Assembly: GCA_039545335.1 (NCBI GenBank)
Contig: BCIN01000002.1
Span: 1,908,484-1,972,483, forward strand
Reading direction: 5' to 3'
Length of the DNA stretch: 64,000 bases
Source: Kondoa subrosea
Taxonomy: Eukaryota
A model generated the notes under the pieces. That model had not been told where the DNA came from. It searched no databases and saw only the letters and a list, made by a program, of their open reading frames with translations. The stretch's first letter is position 1. The number at the start of each line of letters is the position of its first letter. The translations under genes and the position numbers were made by a program. Shown here piece by piece: positions 59,585-64,000 of the stretch.

Positions 59585-62500
59585 ATGTCTGATAGCACAG
59601 TTCCTGTCACTGATCAGAGCGTCAATCACACGAATGGGCTCGAAACAGATTTTGCCGTTGAGACTCCCTCGAATGGAAACGAGACTATAGCTCAATCTGT
59701 CCCTGTGTCTACACCAAATCCTCAGCAACAAACCCTTTCCACCAAGCCTAACTCCTCAACCGCGCAGCACACTTTCTTTGATTCTTCTGTTGTTTCCGAG
59801 CAGACCGAGCCAGATGCTGCGATTTCTGCAACACCCACGGTCACCAACGCAGTCCCTTCTCAGCAACAGCAGACAGAAAGAGCCATTTCACCAGTATCGC
59901 AACGAATAGCCTCAATAACGGGCGTTACTGCTCAATCGAGACCTGTTAGCAACCCAGCTCTCTTACCTAGTTCTCGTCCGGCTTCAAAAGTTCCACTCAA
60001 TGCTGCTGAGAAAGCTGCTCAAGTTGCAGAAGCTCTATCGAAACTCGCTCATGTTGGACCTCCCAAACTTGACGTGCTCAAGGCTAGAATAGCTGAGAAT
60101 CCAACGGACGGAGAGGCTTGGCAAGGCTATGTTCAGCTGACGGAAGAAAGGGGAGATCTAGAAAGGACACGTCAAGTATACGAGGAACTGCTCAAAGTCT
60201 TCCCTGATTCGGTTAGTGAAGGTGGAACTTCGCTGTCAATCAGCTCAAGTCAAATACTGTCCTAACAGGCCCAACATTGGATCTCTTATGCCGATATGGA
60301 ACTCAAACACTCTCATTTCCCTCAAGTTGAAGCTATCTTTGCACGCTGTCTTCGTACATCTACCGCGGTCAATCTTTGGGCTTTCTACCTCACTTACATC
60401 CGGCGAGTCAACAAGATAGAACTCGGAGATCCAGAGAAGACCAAGCATTCTAGGACTGTGATTGTAAAAGCATACGAATTCAGTTTGGCACATATTGGGT
60501 CAGACAAGAACGCTGGCGGCTTATGGCATGATTATATTGGATTTTTGAGGAGTGCAGATGTGAGTGAATCATACATAAGTATAGTCTTAGGCTCAAAACT
60601 CTGCTAGGCGTCCGGACAATGGGAAATGCAACAGAACATGGACAGCGTTCGGAAGGCCTATCAGCAAGCCGTCACTATGCCTTTGAGCAACGTGGAACAG
60701 ATCTGGTCAGAATACAATCATTGGGAGCAGAACTTGAATAAACTCACCGTAAGTCAATCTTTCCAAATTTGCTCTGATCTAGCCTGGTCAGAATGGATCG
60801 GACGCGCTTGGTATTGTGCTCTTACACACGATGCAAGGCATGATGCATTACTCGCACAGCGAAATCGAACAACGCTACGCCCCTTTCCCTTTTTTGACTT
60901 TGACATGTTGCGCTTCACGAGACTATGTTCTGAAATGACTTTGCGCTTTTTTCCTTCCCTCTTCACCCTACTCCTACACCTATGATACAACCACAAACAG
61001 GCCAAGAAATTCATCGGTGAAAGAAGTGCAGCCTATATGACCGCTCGCAGCGCTTTAAGAGAGATGCGTCCTTTGGTCGAACCGATCGAGATCCCCATCA
61101 TCTTAGCTTCACTACCGCACCGACCGGATTGGAGCAATTCTGCAGATCGACTGTACATACAGCAGTGGCGGCAATACTTGAAGTGGGAAGAAGGCAACCC
61201 TTTACAGCTCGAGGATAAGAACGCACTCAACATGCGTATCCTGTTCGCTCATCGGAAATCTTTGGTCCATCTGAGGTTCTATCCCGAAGCATGGTAAGGC
61301 TGCGATTTCGGGCATTAGATCGGAATCTGACGTGCAATACAGGGCTCTAGCTTCGAATTTTGCAAAGTCGATAGGCAAGAACGAAGAGGCAGCAAATATG
61401 CTCAAAAATGGCTTTACAGCCAATGATACGAGGTTTGAAATTGCTCTCATTACTGCTGATACTCTCTGACTACTTCGGCAGTCTGCTCCTTGGTTTTGCT
61501 TATGCTGAAGCAGAAGAAGCCAAGCGGAATTTTGAAGAAAGTCATAAAGCCTACGATTCCCTCTTATCTCGCTTCCATGCCAGTTTGGCCGATTTGATCA
61601 GTAGAAGAGACAAAAGTATAGAGAAAGCTACAACAGAAGCGCAACAAGCTACAAAATCTGAAACAGCTGAGGCTGACGGCGAGAAGACTGTAGGTGAAGA
61701 AATCGTTCAGATTAGGGAAGCAATTACTTCAGAAGCTCAGCCTGCCATTGATTCGCTCAAAAAAGCTGCTGCAAGTGTTTGGATTGCGCAAATGCGGTTT
61801 GCCAGGAGAGCTGAAGTGAGTCAATTCCGAAGTAGTGCTACGTGGTTCTCAATCTCTTCAAACAGGGCATCAAACAAGCTAGAGCCATATTCGGTAAAGC
61901 AAGAAAGTCGGAACACCTAGTGTGGCAGGTTGTCGAAGCAGATGGTCAGTTCGAGTGAATTGACCAGCATTCGAATACCTAATCATGCTGTTGACAGCGA
62001 TGATGGAGTATCACTGGAACAAAGAACCTAAAGTAGCTACCAACGTCTTTGAGCTGGGATTGAAGACCTTCAGCGAAGAACCAGCTTACGTTGTCCGGTA
62101 TTTGGATTTCCTGATCAATACGAATGACGACACAAGTAAGTAACTTCCCGTCCATTCCTATTTATTACCATGCTAATCTACGAAATGTAGACGCTCGAGC
62201 AGTGTTTGAAAGAACCATTGGAAAAATCCCGCCTGAACATGCTAAACCGCTTTGGGATCGCTGGGCACGATTTGAGAATCAGTTTGGTGATCTAACAGCT
62301 ATGCAAAAGCTCGACAGTCGGATAGCGGAGGCATATCCAAACAGTGCGTACCCATTTCCTTTTTTAGTATTTCATCGTGTCTGAATTTGAAACCTAGGCG
62401 AACCTGTATTACGATTCGTTGAACGACATGTTCATCAAGGTCTTACAGAAATGCTCACTAAAGATCTTGGCTTCCTACCACCTGGAGCAGCAGCGAAAGC

Positions 62501-63132
62501 TCAACAACAACCAAGGGATGATGCCAGTTCTTCTCGATCACCTTCACCTGTTCGAGGAGGCGCGGGAATGAAACGAGGTCCTTCTGAAGAACGTATGGCT
62601 TATGGTAGAAGAAGAGTCAGCGTTTCTCCGCCTGGATTTAGAAGACCAGATATGATTGGTGGAGCGAAAAGACTGAGACGGGATTCACCAAGTCCTGTTA
62701 GAAGAGGCGGACAAATACCGCCGATGGGCAGAAGACCAAATAGTCCACCTCCAGGCAGAGGACAAGGAGGAAGAGGAGCAGGAAGAGGCTTTTCACCACC
62801 TCCGCCGCTCGCTGGACCTCCTGGAAGAAGATTTGAAGATGAAGATGGTATTACAGAATTGTTGAGGTATTTCGTTAGTATTTTGCCGTCCGCAAGTGCT
62901 TTCAATGGTCAGTCTACCTTTTCGATTGAGAGAAGAAACAATACTGATAACGCACCAGGACCCATTATCCCTGGTGGAACAATTTGCGAATTACTCAAGA
63001 CTGTCACTGTACCAGCTTCTCAAGTTAGAGGCCGACCTGTAGGAAGGATGGATTCGCCTGTAAGTGTCATTGAGTTATTTCGGAGGCCATTCTCATCGGA
63101 ACTGCTTCTGCTAGTACGGTTACGGACGGTAA
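59585..63132 (+). CDS. RNA14: mRNA 3'-end processing factor Rna14 / CstF-77 (HAT repeats)
   Basis: LWAFYLTYIRR, PLSNVEQIWSEY, NKLT|AKKF, YLKWEEGNPL, LRFYPEAW, WIAQMRFARRAEG, MEYHWNK, VFELGLK; RS/RG-rich C-terminus. Confidence 0.95.
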
Positions 63133-63261
63133 AAATAGAGGCAGTATGGTATTATGTTGTTGTTGTTGAGGGTAATGAGTTGCAATGCTATATATTCTAC
63201 AGATGTACAATCTATGCTACCGTCTAGAGACTTGAAAGTACCCAAATGCCCCAGTCCAAAA

Positions 63262-63748
63262 TCACACCGGCTCGTGAAAAGGACTCCATACACCTCGCAC
63301 ACTCTCGCTGATCGATTGAACAGGATACCTATCCAGCTGCCGCATCTTTGCCCCGCTTGAGTCCAATACTATTGACATCTTTTCCGCTATTTCGCTTGGT
63401 TTCATGTTTTTAACACAAATGGTCTTGTCTCTTCCATTGGCTACACCGATTGACAGATGACAGATAAGCCTAGGGTCATAGCTTCGCCGTCTCGCGATAC
63501 TTACCAAAGCAACCTTTAATATTCGGATGCTTGTTCGCCCGTTTGAGGACTACGAATTCCACACTTGGATACTTGCTGGCCAGCGTAACAGCATTCTTTG
63601 TAAGATATTGACGCATCCCTTGAGATGAAGCCCAAGTATCGCAATAATGCAAAACGACTTTCTGGCAACTTAAAGAGAATGGAGCGGTATAGCCATGAGC
63701 CGTTGCGGAAGGTAGTGTCCTTAAGGAGCCTCTTAAGATCTTGGCCAT
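63262..63748 (-). CDS. MRPL51: Mitochondrial ribosomal protein mL43 (yeast Mrpl51)
   Basis: HYCDTWASSQGMR, YPSVEFVV, HP, NGRDKTICVKN, SESVRGVWSPFH; one intron. Confidence 0.92.
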
Positions 63749-63800
63749 TGATCGCGCTCTTCAAATTCGCTATTGGTGATTGTTGCTCTCCAACCAAGTC

Positions 63801-64000
63801 ATGCAACAATTCATTCGATCATGCTGTAAAGTCAAAGCTCCTGCAAGGGCGTATTCTACAGCAGTACCTCTTCAACCCAAACCTCTAGTTAATCCTATTC
63901 CGCGGCCGCGCAGAAGAACTGGACCACAACCTCGAGAATTGCCTGAGTTGCAGAATAAGCTGCCCCTGTATATTGGCACAGCTGCTTTCGCATGTTCGTC
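63801..64000 (+). CDS. 5' part of a mitochondrial membrane protein, Coa1-like
   Basis: Open from ATG 63801 to window end: MQQFIRSCCKVKAPARAYST presequence, PRELPEL, then start of a TM helix (LPLYIGTAAFA). Confidence 0.5.
   Translation, partial: MQQFIRSCCKVKAPARAYSTAVPLQPKPLVNPIPRPRRRTGPQPRELPELQNKLPLYIGTAAFACS

Noticed and set aside
62520..62830. Repetitive GGA/AGA-rich tract
   Set aside because: Encodes the RS/RG/Pro-rich tail of Rna14; not an independent repeat.

Overview
Gene-dense, intron-rich fungal chromosome segment. Introns are mostly 45-60 nt and intergenic spacers are often under 200 bp. Protein styles suggest a basidiomycete (inference). About 30 protein genes were assembled by hand from ORF fragments and splice signals, so exon boundaries are approximate. 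Recognisable genes: ARP5 (partial), ADAM metalloprotease, ARO1, THEM6-like thioesterase, mitochondrial CDF transporter, MTR10, GID8, class-3 lipase, LMW-PTP, Sm-like MAK31, Dal5/Tna1-type MFS, gamma-tubulin, YAP-type bZIP, RPL3, MCM4, RVB1, RNA14, MRPL51 and a partial COA1-like gene. Most notable observations: (1) a four-gene accessory cluster (TRI12-like MFS, Dabb protein, Zn2Cys6 regulator, SDR) whose three promoters share a TGCCCA-based motif; (2) a chromodomain + DUF2786-type fusion gene in tandem with MCM4, both with an MCB element about 40 bp upstream of the ATG; (3) an unusually long structured RNA14 intron with a candidate poison exon or intronic poly(A) switch; (4) an snR40-like C/D snoRNA in a GID8 intron. 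No transposon, CRISPR, tRNA or rRNA gene was recognised.
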